Assembly (NCBI GenBank): GCA_963422645.2
Contig: CAXXVO010000014.1
Coordinates: forward strand, 353,226-417,225
Length of the DNA stretch: 64,000 bases
DNA from: Alphaproteobacteria bacterium
Lineage (GTDB): Bacteria > Pseudomonadota > Alphaproteobacteria > UBA828
Reading direction: 5' to 3'
A program made the position numbers and the translations under genes. The notes beneath the pieces were generated by a model. The model saw nothing but the letters and a program-made list of their open reading frames with translations, was not told where the DNA came from and did no database searches. This document shows, in pieces, positions 20,314 through 30,606 of this stretch (its first letter is position 1; each line of letters starts with the position of its first letter).

Positions 20314-22253
20314 GACAGGTTTCGGTCCGGGACGCCAACGAGAAAATCCGCGAGTGGGGGGCTGAGGGCGAGGACATCGAGGTCCTCAACCCCGACGCGC
20401 GCCATCATATCGGCGTCGGCCTGATTCACCCGGTGCGGGTGCATATCCGGGGCTCTGCGGGCTACTTCTGCGCAGGGCTCGCGGACCAGGCGCGCTTCGA
20501 GATCGACAACAACGTCGGCTGGGGCCTCGGCGACAACATGTACGCCGGCACGGTGACGGTGCGCGGCAACGCCGGCGCGATCGCGGGCGTGGCGATCCGG
20601 GGCGCCGAGATCGTGGTGCACGGCAACGTGGGCTCGCGCGCTGGGCAGGTGATGAAGGCGGGGACGCTCTGCTGCGTCGGCAACGCCAACTTCATGGCCG
20701 GCTACATGATGTACGGCGGGCGCATCATCATCTTGGGCGAATCCGGCGAGCGCGTGGGCGAGGACATGGCGGCCGGCGATATCTATGTCGGCGGCGCGGT
20801 GCGCTCGCTCGGCTCCGACGCGCAGCTGACCGATATCGAAGAGGCCGAGGTCGACGACATCCGCGCGTTCCTGGACCGCCACGAAATCTCGTACAAGGGC
20901 GGCTTCCAGAAGGTCGAGAACGCCGGCAAGCGCCTGCGCTACGCCACCAGCGAACAGCAGGTGCGCAGCATCCCCTTCTTCACCTTCTCGGGCGCATCGG
21001 AATACTGGAACCCGAAGGTGCAGGAGGACGTCTACGTCAAGTCGCAGATCGGCCGTTACCGGGTACGGGGCTATGGCGGCGCGCGCACGCTGCCGCATCT
21101 CTCGGACCTGGCCTTCAAGCGCGACCTCTCGGGCGCCGGCGCGGCAGGCGACCCGGTGGAAGCGGTCGAGATGCGGACCGAGATCGGCGGCCTGAACGGG
21201 GCGAAGGCGCTCAAGCTTTCGATGCCGGTGATGATCGCGCCGATGAGCTACGGCGCGCTCTCGCGCTCCACCAAGCAGGCGGTGGGCATGGCGTCGAGCA
21301 TGGCCGGCATCGCCGAGAACACCGGCGAGGGCGGCATGAGCGACGCCCAGCGGGGCGCGGCGGAGCAGCTCGTGTTCCAGTGCTTGGGCGGCCGGCTCGG
21401 CTGGAACATCCACGACATGAACCGGGCCGACGGGCTCGAGATCTACATCAGCCAGGGGGCCAAGCCCGGCTTCGGCGGCCAGCTGATGGCGAAGAAGGTG
21501 ACCAAGGAGCTTGCCACCATCCGGGGCATCCCCGAGGGCATCGACCTGCGCTCGCCCTCGCGGCATCCGGACATCCTCGGCGCCGACGATCTGGTCATCA
21601 AGGTTGAGGAGTTCCGCGAGGCCACGGGTTATCGCATCCCTGTGAGCGTGAAGATGGGCGCGGGCCGGGTCAGGGACGACATCAAGATCGCCTACAAGGA
21701 CGGCTTCGACTTCGTCGAGCTCGACGGGATGCAGGGCTCCACGGGCGCGGGCGGCGCCGAGGTGATGGAACACGTGGGCGTGCCCACCCTCGCCGCGATC
21801 ACGCAGGCGATCGAGGCGCTGGAGGAAGTCGAGGGCCTCGGCAAGATACAGCTCGTGCTGATGGGCGGCATCCGGGACGGAATCGACGCGGTGAAGGGCC
21901 TCTGCCTCGGCGCCGATGCGGTGGCGATGGGGACGGCGGTGATCATCGCGGGCGGCTGCATCGCCTGCATGCAGTGCCACGTGGGGCAGTGCGTGACCGG
22001 GATTGCGACCCAGGACCCCACGCACGAGCGGCGTTACAACCCGGTGGCGGAGGCCCGCAATATCCACCGCTACCTGGAAGGCGTGCGCTGGCAGATGGCG
22101 GCGCTGACCCAGGCCATGGGGTACGGCAGCACCACCCAATTGAGCCGCGACGATCTGGTCGCGGTCACGCGCGACGCGGCGGAGATGACGGGCCTGCCCT
22201 ATGCGCCGGAGTATCGCGAGCGCGAGCAGGCGCTGCGCAGCAGGATGGGTTGA
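20295..22253 (+). CDS. GXGXG domain fused to FMN-binding glutamate synthase domain (GlxC-GlxD/MgsB-MgsC-like)
   Basis: GSAGYFCAG beta-helix, APMSYGALS, NTGEGG, SQGAKPG, CIACMQCHVGQCVTGIATQD. Confidence 0.88.
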   Translation: MVQIDLGQVSVRDANEKIREWGAEGEDIEVLNPDARHHIGVGLIHPVRVHIRGSAGYFCAGLADQARFEIDNNVGWGLGDNMYAGTVTVRGNAGAIAGVAIRGAEIVVHGNVGSRAGQVMKAGTLCCVGNANFMAGYMMYGGRIIILGESGERVGEDMAAGDIYVGGAVRSLGSDAQLTDIEEAEVDDIRAFLDRHEISYKGGFQKVENAGKRLRYATSEQQVRSIPFFTFSGASEYWNPKVQEDVYVKSQIGRYRVRGYGGARTLPHLSDLAFKRDLSGAGAAGDPVEAVEMRTEIGGLNGAKALKLSMPVMIAPMSYGALSRSTKQAVGMASSMAGIAENTGEGGMSDAQRGAAEQLVFQCLGGRLGWNIHDMNRADGLEIYISQGAKPGFGGQLMAKKVTKELATIRGIPEGIDLRSPSRHPDILGADDLVIKVEEFREATGYRIPVSVKMGAGRVRDDIKIAYKDGFDFVELDGMQGSTGAGGAEVMEHVGVPTLAAITQAIEALEEVEGLGKIQLVLMGGIRDGIDAVKGLCLGADAVAMGTAVIIAGGCIACMQCHVGQCVTGIATQDPTHERRYNPVAEARNIHRYLEGVRWQMAALTQAMGYGSTTQLSRDDLVAVTRDAAEMTGLPYAPEYREREQALRSRMG

Positions 22254-22256
22254 ACG

Positions 22257-24776
22257 ATGGCGATTCTGGAGGAAATGGAGGCGGGCGGGCAGCTGCTTGC
22301 GGAGCTGCCCGACGACACGGCCGACGCGCACTTCGTGCCGGCGCCCTGCCAGATCGCCTGCCCGGTGGGGACGGATGCGCCCTCCTACATCGCCTATATC
22401 TGGGAGCGGAAGTTCGAGGAGGCGTTCGAGGCGATCACGGCGACCAACCCCTTCAGCTCGATCTGCGGGCGGGTGTGCGACGCGCCCTGCGAGCCGGCCT
22501 GCCGGCGCACCGATTCGGACGGCCCGGTGCAGATCCGCAACCTCAAGCGCTTCGTCATGGACGAGGTGGGCCACGACTACGACCCGCCGCCCGTGCCGAT
22601 CCGCCACGAGCAGAGCGTGGCGGTGGTGGGCTCGGGCCCGGCGGGACTGACCGCGGCGCACGAGCTTTCGGTCGCGGGCTACCGGGTCCACGTCTACGAG
22701 ATGACGGACCGGCTCGGCGGCATGATGATCTGGGGCATTCCGGCGTTCCGGCTCCCGCCCGGCATCATCCAGGAGGATATCGACCGCATGATGCGGCGCT
22801 GCCCGGGGATGGAGGTCCACCTCAACACTGCGCTCGGCCGTGACGTGATGCTGGACGAGCTCAAGGAGCGGCACGATGCCGTGGTCCTCGCCATCGGTGC
22901 GTGGTGGGGCAAGGACATGGGCATTCCGGGCGAGGACGACACCCGGGTGATCGACGGCGTGCAGTTCCTGCGCGACGTGAACGAGGGCGCGCGGCCCGAG
23001 ATGCCGGAGACGGTGGTGGTGGTGGGCGGCGGCGATGTCGCCATGGACGCCTGCCGGGTCGCGAAGCGCCTGCCGGGCTGCAAGCACGTGAAGGTGATCT
23101 ACCGGCGGGGCCCGGCGGAGATCCCGGCGCGCAAGATCGAGCTCGAAGGCGCGGTCGAGGAGGGGATCGAGTTCGTCTACCACACCCAGCAGACCGCGAT
23201 CGTGCCGCAAGGCAACGAGCTCGCGGTGCGCTGCGTGCAGACGACGCTGGGGGACCCGGACGAATCGGGCCGGCGCGCCCCGGTGAACGTGCCGGGCACG
23301 GAGCACGACATCGCCTGCGGCATGGTGGTCGCCTCGGTGGGGCAGGAGGGTCTCTGCGACGACCTCGACCGGCGCGGACTGATGGACCGGGACCGGGTGC
23401 GGACCGAGTGGGACGGCATGCGCACGAGCGATCCCAAGGTGTTCGCGGCCGGCGACGGGGCCTTCGGCGGGTCCACCATCGTGATGGCGATGAACCACGG
23501 CCAGCGGGTGGCCTACTACGTGAAGGCCTTCCTCGAAGGGCACGGGGACCCGTTGCCCTATCGCACGCCTCACCGGACGCGCCGCGTGCCCGTGGCGCAG
23601 GACCTGGAGTGGGAGCTGCTGCCGGTTCAGCATCCCGACTTCCTCGGGCTGGGAAAGGACCCGGTGTCGTTCCCGGAGATCGAGACCACGTATGGCTGGG
23701 ATTCGGCACGCAAGGAGGCAGCGCGGTGCTACCGCTGCGACGCGGAGACCGGCTCGGCCGATTATGCGGTGGGGCACCGCGAGGACATCTTCGTGATGGC
23801 GCGCACCACGCCTGACGACACGGTGCGCCAGAAGGCGATGCTGGACAAGCGCATCGGCGAGCGGGACGACCCCTTCCCGGCCGAGCTTCCGGGGGTGCTC
23901 GACGATCTCGTGTTCCTGCCTGCCAACCTGTCCAGGCTGGTGATCGACCCCTACCGCGAGGCCTGCCGAATCGGCACCAGGGTGGGCGACACCGATCTGG
24001 CGCTGCCCTTCATGGTGACCGGCTTCGACGATGCGCCGGAGGAGGTGCGTACTGCGGTCGGCCAAGGAATAGCGGAGGTGGACTCGAGCTATCTGGGCGT
24101 GCGACCCATCGGCGGCGACGCGCGCTGGTTTCAGCTCGTGTTGCCGGGCCAGATCGCGCCGAGCGCGGACGCGGCGGGGCTGATCTATGCCCTCGGCCAC
24201 CGCTTCCAACGGGTAGCGGCAACAAGGGCCGCCGAGGGCCAGGTTCTGGGGCTTTCCGTCTCCTCGCCGGCGGTGTTGGAAGAGGCGATTCCCTATGCCC
24301 TCGATGCGGGCTTCGACATGCTGCTGCTGGACGGCAGCGCCGGACTCGGCGCGCCGTGGGCGGAGCTCAGGGGTGCGCCCGACCTCACGATCCTGCGGGA
24401 CGCCGTGGCGATCCTGCGCCGCCTCGATCGCGAGGAGGAGATCGACCTGGTCTACTTCGGCGGCGTGCGCTCGGGCACCGATGCAGCCAAGGTGATCGCG
24501 CTCGGCACCGTCGCCGTGGTGCTGGGGGTCACGGCCGGGCTCGCAGCCGGCGGCGCGATCACCGGCAGCCGCGAGCTCGCGTTCACCGCCGACCGCAGCG
24601 ACGAGGACCGCGCGGCGGGCACCGCCAACATCGTCAAGGCGTCCGCCTCCGAGGCCTCGATGATGGCGCGCTGCACCGGCAAGACCAACCTCCAGAACGT
24701 CGAGCCCGAAGACATGCGGGCGCTCACCGTCGCGACCGCAAGCGCAACCGGTATCCCGCTCGCCGGAACGAAGTAG
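22257..24776 (+). CDS. GltD-like FeS/FAD/NAD(P)H oxidoreductase with an extra C-terminal glutamate-synthase-like barrel
   Basis: APCQIACP, ICGRVCDAPCEPAC, GSGPAG, GGGDVAMD, RCYRC. C-terminus has LDDLVFLPANLSR and GGVRSGTDAAK. Confidence 0.82.
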   Translation: MAILEEMEAGGQLLAELPDDTADAHFVPAPCQIACPVGTDAPSYIAYIWERKFEEAFEAITATNPFSSICGRVCDAPCEPACRRTDSDGPVQIRNLKRFVMDEVGHDYDPPPVPIRHEQSVAVVGSGPAGLTAAHELSVAGYRVHVYEMTDRLGGMMIWGIPAFRLPPGIIQEDIDRMMRRCPGMEVHLNTALGRDVMLDELKERHDAVVLAIGAWWGKDMGIPGEDDTRVIDGVQFLRDVNEGARPEMPETVVVVGGGDVAMDACRVAKRLPGCKHVKVIYRRGPAEIPARKIELEGAVEEGIEFVYHTQQTAIVPQGNELAVRCVQTTLGDPDESGRRAPVNVPGTEHDIACGMVVASVGQEGLCDDLDRRGLMDRDRVRTEWDGMRTSDPKVFAAGDGAFGGSTIVMAMNHGQRVAYYVKAFLEGHGDPLPYRTPHRTRRVPVAQDLEWELLPVQHPDFLGLGKDPVSFPEIETTYGWDSARKEAARCYRCDAETGSADYAVGHREDIFVMARTTPDDTVRQKAMLDKRIGERDDPFPAELPGVLDDLVFLPANLSRLVIDPYREACRIGTRVGDTDLALPFMVTGFDDAPEEVRTAVGQGIAEVDSSYLGVRPIGGDARWFQLVLPGQIAPSADAAGLIYALGHRFQRVAATRAAEGQVLGLSVSSPAVLEEAIPYALDAGFDMLLLDGSAGLGAPWAELRGAPDLTILRDAVAILRRLDREEEIDLVYFGGVRSGTDAAKVIALGTVAVVLGVTAGLAAGGAITGSRELAFTADRSDEDRAAGTANIVKASASEASMMARCTGKTNLQNVEPEDMRALTVATASATGIPLAGTK

Positions 24777-24823
24777 TGGCGGCAAGGGTGCCCTTGCGTC
24801 CGGTGATGGCATAGGCTGACCGC

Positions 24824-26110
24824 ATGCGCGTTCACCTGAACTACGGGCGGGGACAGCGGGCGGTGGAGCTGCCCGACGGGCTCGACGTTAGGGTGATCGC
24901 CAAGCAGGCGATGCCGCTGCTCGCCGATCCGGCAACAGCGATGGACCAGGCGCTTGCGGAGCCCGTGGGCTCTGCGCCGCTCGCGGCGGAGGCCACGCGT
25001 GCGACCCGCGCCTGCATCCTGATCTGCGATTTCACGCGACCGGTGCCCAACGGACTCATCCTGCCGCCGCTCATCCGCACCTTGCTCGGTGCCGGCATGG
25101 CGCCGGAGCAGATCACGGTGCTGGTGGCGACCGGCCTGCACCGGCCCAACGAGGGCGAGGAGCTCGCCGCCCTGGTCGGCGATCCCTGGGTGCTGGAGAC
25201 GGTGAACGTCGCGAACCATTTTGCGCGCGAGGACGCCGATCACGTTCTGGTGGGCACGACCGGGCGGGGCACGGTGGTGCGGCTCGACCGGCGCTTCATA
25301 GAGGCCGATCTGCGCATCGCGACCGGCCTGGTGGAGCCCCACTTCATGGCCGGCTGGTCCGGCGGGCGGAAGATGATCGCACCCGGCGTGGCCCATGCCG
25401 AGACCATCACCACCTTCCACAGCGCGCGCTTCATGGAGCATCCCAACTGCACCAACTGCGTGCTGGAGGGCAACCCGCTGCACGAGGAGCAGCTTGCGAT
25501 CATGGCGATGATCGGCGGCGCGCGGGCGGTCAACAGCGTGATCGACGACGAGCGCCGCGTCGCCTTCCTCAACTACGGCGAGGTCGTGGCGAGCCACGCG
25601 GCGGCGGTCGCCTTCGCGGAGCAGTACTGCACCGTCCCCGTGGCCGAGCGCTTCAAGACCGTGCTGACCAGCTCCGCCGGCTATCCGCTCGACGCGACCT
25701 ACTATCAGACCGTCAAGGGCATGGTCGGGCCGCTCGAAATCCTGGCGCCGGGCGGCGACCTCATCGTCGCGTCGGCGTGCTCGGAGGGCCTGGGCTCGGC
25801 GCACTACGCGGACGCGCAGCGCCGGCTGGTGGAGAATGGCCCGGAGCACTTTCTCGACGAGATCAGCGCCAAGACCCACGCTGCCATCGACGAGTGGCAG
25901 ACCGAGATGCAGCTTCGCCCCATGCGAGCCGGCACGGTCCACCTCTATACCGAGGGCCTGGCGCCCGAGGACCGCGCGCTCACCGGCGTCCGGATGACCG
26001 ACTCGATCGCGGGTTCGGTAACGGAAAGCGCCGCCCGGCACGGCGATCCGCGCGTGGCCGTGATCCCCGAAGGGCCCTACGTGGTGCCTGTCCACCGGCC
26101 TGTGGCATAA
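24824..26110 (+). CDS. larA: LarA-family nickel-pincer-dependent alpha-hydroxy acid racemase/epimerase
   Basis: CDFTRPVPN, ATGLHR, EPHFMAGWSGGRK, YQTVKG. Confidence 0.85.
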   Translation: MRVHLNYGRGQRAVELPDGLDVRVIAKQAMPLLADPATAMDQALAEPVGSAPLAAEATRATRACILICDFTRPVPNGLILPPLIRTLLGAGMAPEQITVLVATGLHRPNEGEELAALVGDPWVLETVNVANHFAREDADHVLVGTTGRGTVVRLDRRFIEADLRIATGLVEPHFMAGWSGGRKMIAPGVAHAETITTFHSARFMEHPNCTNCVLEGNPLHEEQLAIMAMIGGARAVNSVIDDERRVAFLNYGEVVASHAAAVAFAEQYCTVPVAERFKTVLTSSAGYPLDATYYQTVKGMVGPLEILAPGGDLIVASACSEGLGSAHYADAQRRLVENGPEHFLDEISAKTHAAIDEWQTEMQLRPMRAGTVHLYTEGLAPEDRALTGVRMTDSIAGSVTESAARHGDPRVAVIPEGPYVVPVHRPVA

Positions 26111-26221
26111 CTCACGCCTTCTCTTCACTAACGCCCGCCGCGCCCTTGGCGAATGGGGAATCCAAGGGTAGGTTTCGCGCATGCGGCCCGGCTCGGCCGA
26201 TCGACATCAAGGGGGAATGCT

Positions 26222-28051
26222 ATGTCCCGGCAAGGCAGACTGTTGCGCGTTGACCTCACTGCCGGCACCTGTACCGAAGAGGCGCTCAACATGGAGTGGG
26301 CGCAGGCTTACCTGGGCAGCAGGGGCCTTGCCACCAGGTACCTCGTGGAGGAGATGGACCCGAAGGCGGATCCGCTCTCGCCCGAAAACGTGCTCATCAT
26401 CGCGACCGGCCCGCTGACCGGGACTACGGCGCCGACCGCAGGCCGCTACACGGTCGTCACCAAGGGGGCGCTCACCAACGCCATCGCCTGTTCGAACTCG
26501 GGCGGCTACTTCGGCGCGGAGCTGAAGCTCGCCGGCTGGGACATGGTGATCTGCCAGGGCCGCTCGCCGCGCCCGGTCTACCTCTACATCAGGGACGACC
26601 ACGCCGAGCTGATCGACGCCGAAGGCTTCATCTGGGGCAAGTCGGTCTGGGATACCGAGCCTGCGATCAAGTCGCGTCATCAGGACGGCGCGATCAAGAT
26701 CGCCTCCATCGGCCGGGCAGGGGAGAACCTGAACCGCTACGCCTGCGTGATGAACGATCTCGACCGGGCGGCCGGGCGCTCCGGCGTCGGCGCCGTCATG
26801 GGATCGAAGAACCTGAAGGCCATCGCGGCGCGCGGCACCCGGGGCGTCACGGTGGACAATGACGACGCTTTTGCCAGTGCCGTGGAGCAGGCCGCCGGCG
26901 CGCTCGCCGCGAGCCAGACCCGCGCGGACCTCGCGCGCACGGGCACGCTCTCCATGATCGACGTGACCCAGGCCTTCGGCAGCCTGCCGACCCGCAACAA
27001 CCAGGACGTGCAGTTCGAGGGCACCGGCAACCTAGGCCCCGACGCGATGACGAAGGTGCGGCGCTCCGACGGCTCGGCCAATCTGGTGGCGAACCGGGCC
27101 TGCTTCGCCTGCACCATCGGCTGCCAGCGCGCGTCGAAGATGGAGCCCAACCATTTCGCGATCAAGGACCGGGACCGCTACAAGAAGGTGAGCGGCGGGC
27201 TCGAGTACGAATCGGCCTACTCCCTCGGCCCCATGGTGGGCGTGGACGATATCGAGGCCGCGACCTTCGCCAACTTCGTCTGCAACGAGGACGGGATGGA
27301 CCCGATCTCCTTCGGGGCGACCGTCGCTGCCGCCATGGAGCTCTACGAGGAAGGCGCCATCACGGACGCGGAGACGGGCGGCGTCGCCTACACCTTCGGC
27401 TCGGCCGAGGCGCTCTGCCGGGCGGCGGAGGACGCCGGCACCGGCACCGGCTTCGGCCAGGACCTGGGGCTCGGCGCCAAGCGCCTCTGCGAGAAGTACG
27501 GCCGGCCCGAGCTCGCCATGGTCGCCAAGGGGCAGGAGTTCCCCGGCTACGACGGCCGCTCGATGCAGGGCATGGGGCTCGCCTACGCCACCAGCAACCG
27601 CGGCGCCTGCCACCTGCGCGCCGACCCCTACGAGGACGATTTTTCGGGCGGCAAGCTGGATGGCAAGGCGAAGATCGTGAAGGACAGCCAGGATTCGAAC
27701 GCGGCCATCGATTCGGTCGGCATCTGCGCCTTCCCGATGATGATCTGGGGGCTCGACGAGGTCGCCAACATGGTCGACGCCGCCTGCGAGGGCGAGTGGT
27801 CCGTGGACCGGCTGAACGAGACCGGCGAGCGCATCTGGAACATGGAGCGCCAGTTCAACCTCGACGCCGGCATGACCGCCGCCGACGACACGCTGCCTCA
27901 GCGCATCCTCAAGGAGGCGGCGAAGAGCGGCTCGGGCAAGGGCAAGGTCTGCGAGCTCGACACCATGCTGCCGCAGTATTACGGCCTGCGCGGCTGGACC
28001 GCGGACGGCAGGCCGACGGCGGCGACCATGGAACGGCTCGGCCTCGGCTGA
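26222..28051 (+). CDS. Aldehyde:ferredoxin oxidoreductase (W/Mo-pterin AOR family)
   Basis: GRSGVGAVMGSKNLKAI, CFACTIGC, GMDPISFG, TSNRGACH. Confidence 0.92.
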   Translation: MSRQGRLLRVDLTAGTCTEEALNMEWAQAYLGSRGLATRYLVEEMDPKADPLSPENVLIIATGPLTGTTAPTAGRYTVVTKGALTNAIACSNSGGYFGAELKLAGWDMVICQGRSPRPVYLYIRDDHAELIDAEGFIWGKSVWDTEPAIKSRHQDGAIKIASIGRAGENLNRYACVMNDLDRAAGRSGVGAVMGSKNLKAIAARGTRGVTVDNDDAFASAVEQAAGALAASQTRADLARTGTLSMIDVTQAFGSLPTRNNQDVQFEGTGNLGPDAMTKVRRSDGSANLVANRACFACTIGCQRASKMEPNHFAIKDRDRYKKVSGGLEYESAYSLGPMVGVDDIEAATFANFVCNEDGMDPISFGATVAAAMELYEEGAITDAETGGVAYTFGSAEALCRAAEDAGTGTGFGQDLGLGAKRLCEKYGRPELAMVAKGQEFPGYDGRSMQGMGLAYATSNRGACHLRADPYEDDFSGGKLDGKAKIVKDSQDSNAAIDSVGICAFPMMIWGLDEVANMVDAACEGEWSVDRLNETGERIWNMERQFNLDAGMTAADDTLPQRILKEAAKSGSGKGKVCELDTMLPQYYGLRGWTADGRPTAATMERLGLG

Positions 28052-28060
28052 GAGTTAGCC

Positions 28061-28322
28061 CGCGTCCGGCAAAGACGGACGCGCTCTAGCGCGCTATCCG
28101 ACCAGACGGGACGTATCCGGTTGGCGCAAGGCGCCTCATTTCATACGCGTTGCGGCCGGAAAACCCCCACCTCACCCCGGCCCTCTCCGCCCCCAGGGGC
28201 GGAGAGGGAGAACGGGTGGCGCATTCTTCGTCCCCCCCTCCGCCCTTGAGGGGGGAGGGGGACAGGGGGAGGTGGGTGTCGTTCGGGTCAAGGTGATCCG
28301 GTGTGGTCGGATAACGCTCTAG
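28061..28322. repeat. Stacked CTAG-bounded palindromic repeats containing a REP doublet
   Basis: CGTCCGGCAAAGACGGACGCGCTCTAG end shared with 16190-16217. TATCCGACCA...TGGTCGGATA inverted pair. CCCTCTCCGCCCCCAGGGGCGGAGAGGG hairpins at 28164-28276. Confidence 0.7.
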
Positions 28323-28383
28323 TGTCGTATGCCGGAAGGGTCCCGTAATCGGGGCCGCGGCATCGACGGCAATAGAGCCGCAA

Positions 28384-28701
28384 TCAGGCTGCGCTGGAGA
28401 TCGCGCCCAGCTCGTTGTCGACGATCACGGGCGATTCGAAATACTCGATCGAAGGCTCAGCGCCCAGGCGCTCGCGGATGCCGGCCTTCCAAGCCGCGTC
28501 ATAGAGGCGCTCCGCATCCTCGCGCGATTCGAATAGATAGACCCCGCCGCCGGTCCGGCCGTCCTCGGACAGAAGATAGTACTTCCGAACCAGGCCCTGG
28601 ACGCCCCGGTAGAGCGGCGCGGACGCCTCGAATGCGGCCTTTGCCGCCTCGCGCGTCTTGTCCTCGGGCAGCGCGAAGCGAACGATCGCGGTTACCGCCA
28701 T
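28384..28701 (-). CDS. YdhR-like putative monooxygenase (dimeric alpha-beta barrel); RBS displaced by the Mu-like insertion
   Basis: GLVRKYYL..GGVYLFES motif. The original GAGGAG now lies at 35060-35065. Confidence 0.8.
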   Translation of the reverse strand: MAVTAIVRFALPEDKTREAAKAAFEASAPLYRGVQGLVRKYYLLSEDGRTGGGVYLFESREDAERLYDAAWKAGIRERLGAEPSIEYFESPVIVDNELGAISSAA

Positions 28702-28708
28702 GGCTGAT

Positions 28709-28758
28709 TGTAGCCGGCCAGAAGTCTTTGCGAATCGCGGCCAGAAGTCTTTGCGAAT
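28709..28758 (+). promoter_or_regulatory. Two tandem putative transposase-binding sites at the left end
   Basis: CGGCCAGAAGTCTTTGCGAAT at 28715-28735 and 28738-28758. Confidence 0.75.
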
Positions 28759-28877
28759 GGCCTGGAAAACAGGCTGATTTTCGGGGCTGATTCGGGCTGG
28801 AAAAACGGCCTCTGCATCGGCCATGCACGGGCCGTTCAGGGGCGCGGAATTCGGTGTGCACGGCCCCTGCAAGGGTT

Positions 28878-29398
28878 CTATTCCGCCTTCTCCTCCGCCT
28901 CGGGCGCGGGGGGCTGGGCGGGCCCGGCTTCGGGCGGGCGCCAGTGTCTGTCGTCGGCTGCGTCGAAGCGCTCGAGCGCGCCCGCGTCCATGGTTTCGAT
29001 GCGCTTGCGGAGCGCGCGGCAGAGCCGGCGCAGGCGGTCGCGTTCGGCGTCCTGCTCCTCGGTGGCGGCGCCGCGCAGCCGCCGTCTGGCCTCGTGCTCC
29101 CAGCTCCTCGCCCCGTAGGCCTTCCGGATGCGGCGGGTTGCCTCCCGGTCGACCCCTTGCGCCCTTTCTTGCCGGAGGTCTTCGGCGGCGGCGCGCTCGC
29201 CCGCTTCGGCGATCATGGCCCATGCCGGCTTGGGGCTGGCGTCCGGGTCGGGGCCGTAGTCCGGCAGGCCGGGGATCGGGTTCCAGCCGTAGGCCTTCCA
29301 TGTCGCCTCGTCGAACATCGTGTCGATGCCGCCGGGGAAGGAGCCCGGCAGGAAGCCGTGGGCATGAGCCGGCGGATCGCGTCCTGGATGTCGATCAC
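28878..29398 (-). CDS. Phage hypothetical protein (tail-fibre assembly-like), probable 1-nt frameshift near 29360
   Basis: MIDIQDAIRRLMP joins HGFLPGSFPGGIDTMFDEATW if one C is added to a C run. Function is inferred from position only. Confidence 0.45.
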
Positions 29399-29402
29399 CG
29401 TG

Positions 29403-30026
29403 TCATCCTCCGTCGGGCCGGGCGAGGGACGAGAACCTCTCTCCGTTCGACTGCGCCCACCATCGCACGAGCGAGCGGCGGATGCCGGCGGTGGCGGGTG
29501 CGACCCTGTGCCACCAGTCTGCGGGGAAGAGGACGAGCGATCCCGGCGGCGGGTCGATCCGTACGGGGCGGCGTTTCCGGCCCGGGTCCTGGAAGACCAT
29601 GTCGCCGCCGGCTGCGGCGCGTTCGACGATGAGGCTTGCGGAGACGGTCCGGTCGAGGGTGTCGGGAACTCCCCGCCCTGCGTACTGGTCGACGTGCCAG
29701 AGGCAGGCCTGTCCTGCGAAGTAACAGTTGCAGACGGCGGGCGAGGGCGTGTCCGCGCGTGCGTTCAGCACCTCGCGGGCGTAGTTGCGGGCGAGGGCGT
29801 CCAGGGCGTCGGTGCAGTCTGCCGGGAGCATCCCGTCGGGCAGCCATGCCTCGTAGCAGTCGTCCGCGCCGGGGCCCCGGCGCGCGAGCGCGAGCCCGTT
29901 GACGGCTCGCTCGACCTCGGCCATTGCTCGAGGGCCGATGGCTGCGCGGACGACGCGAATGGGGGGGGTGGAACCCTCTCCGGGCTCGACCGGGGTTGAT
30001 TCGCGGGGGTCTCTCACGCCGGGCAC
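29403..30026 (-). CDS. 2OG-Fe(II) oxygenase (prolyl-hydroxylase-like)
   Basis: WHVD (HxD), GGDMVF, LVLFP..WHRVAPATAGIRRSLV (distal His and Arg). Confidence 0.8.
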   Translation of the reverse strand: MPGVRDPRESTPVEPGEGSTPPIRVVRAAIGPRAMAEVERAVNGLALARRGPGADDCYEAWLPDGMLPADCTDALDALARNYAREVLNARADTPSPAVCNCYFAGQACLWHVDQYAGRGVPDTLDRTVSASLIVERAAAGGDMVFQDPGRKRRPVRIDPPPGSLVLFPADWWHRVAPATAGIRRSLVRWWAQSNGERFSSLARPDGG

Positions 30027-30040
30027 CGCCGTCGAATCTC

Positions 30041-30606
<566 letters not shown>

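Noticed and set aside
20310-24812. 1500-aa minus-strand ORF, and similar long antisense ORFs (477..1820, 11584..13308, 24452..26182, 35457..37487)
   Set aside because: Shadows of well-supported opposite-strand genes in GC-rich DNA, with no recognisable motifs.
28715-28758. 21-bp direct repeats as a CRISPR array
   Set aside because: Only two units 2 bp apart, no spacers or cas genes. Better explained as transposon end sites.
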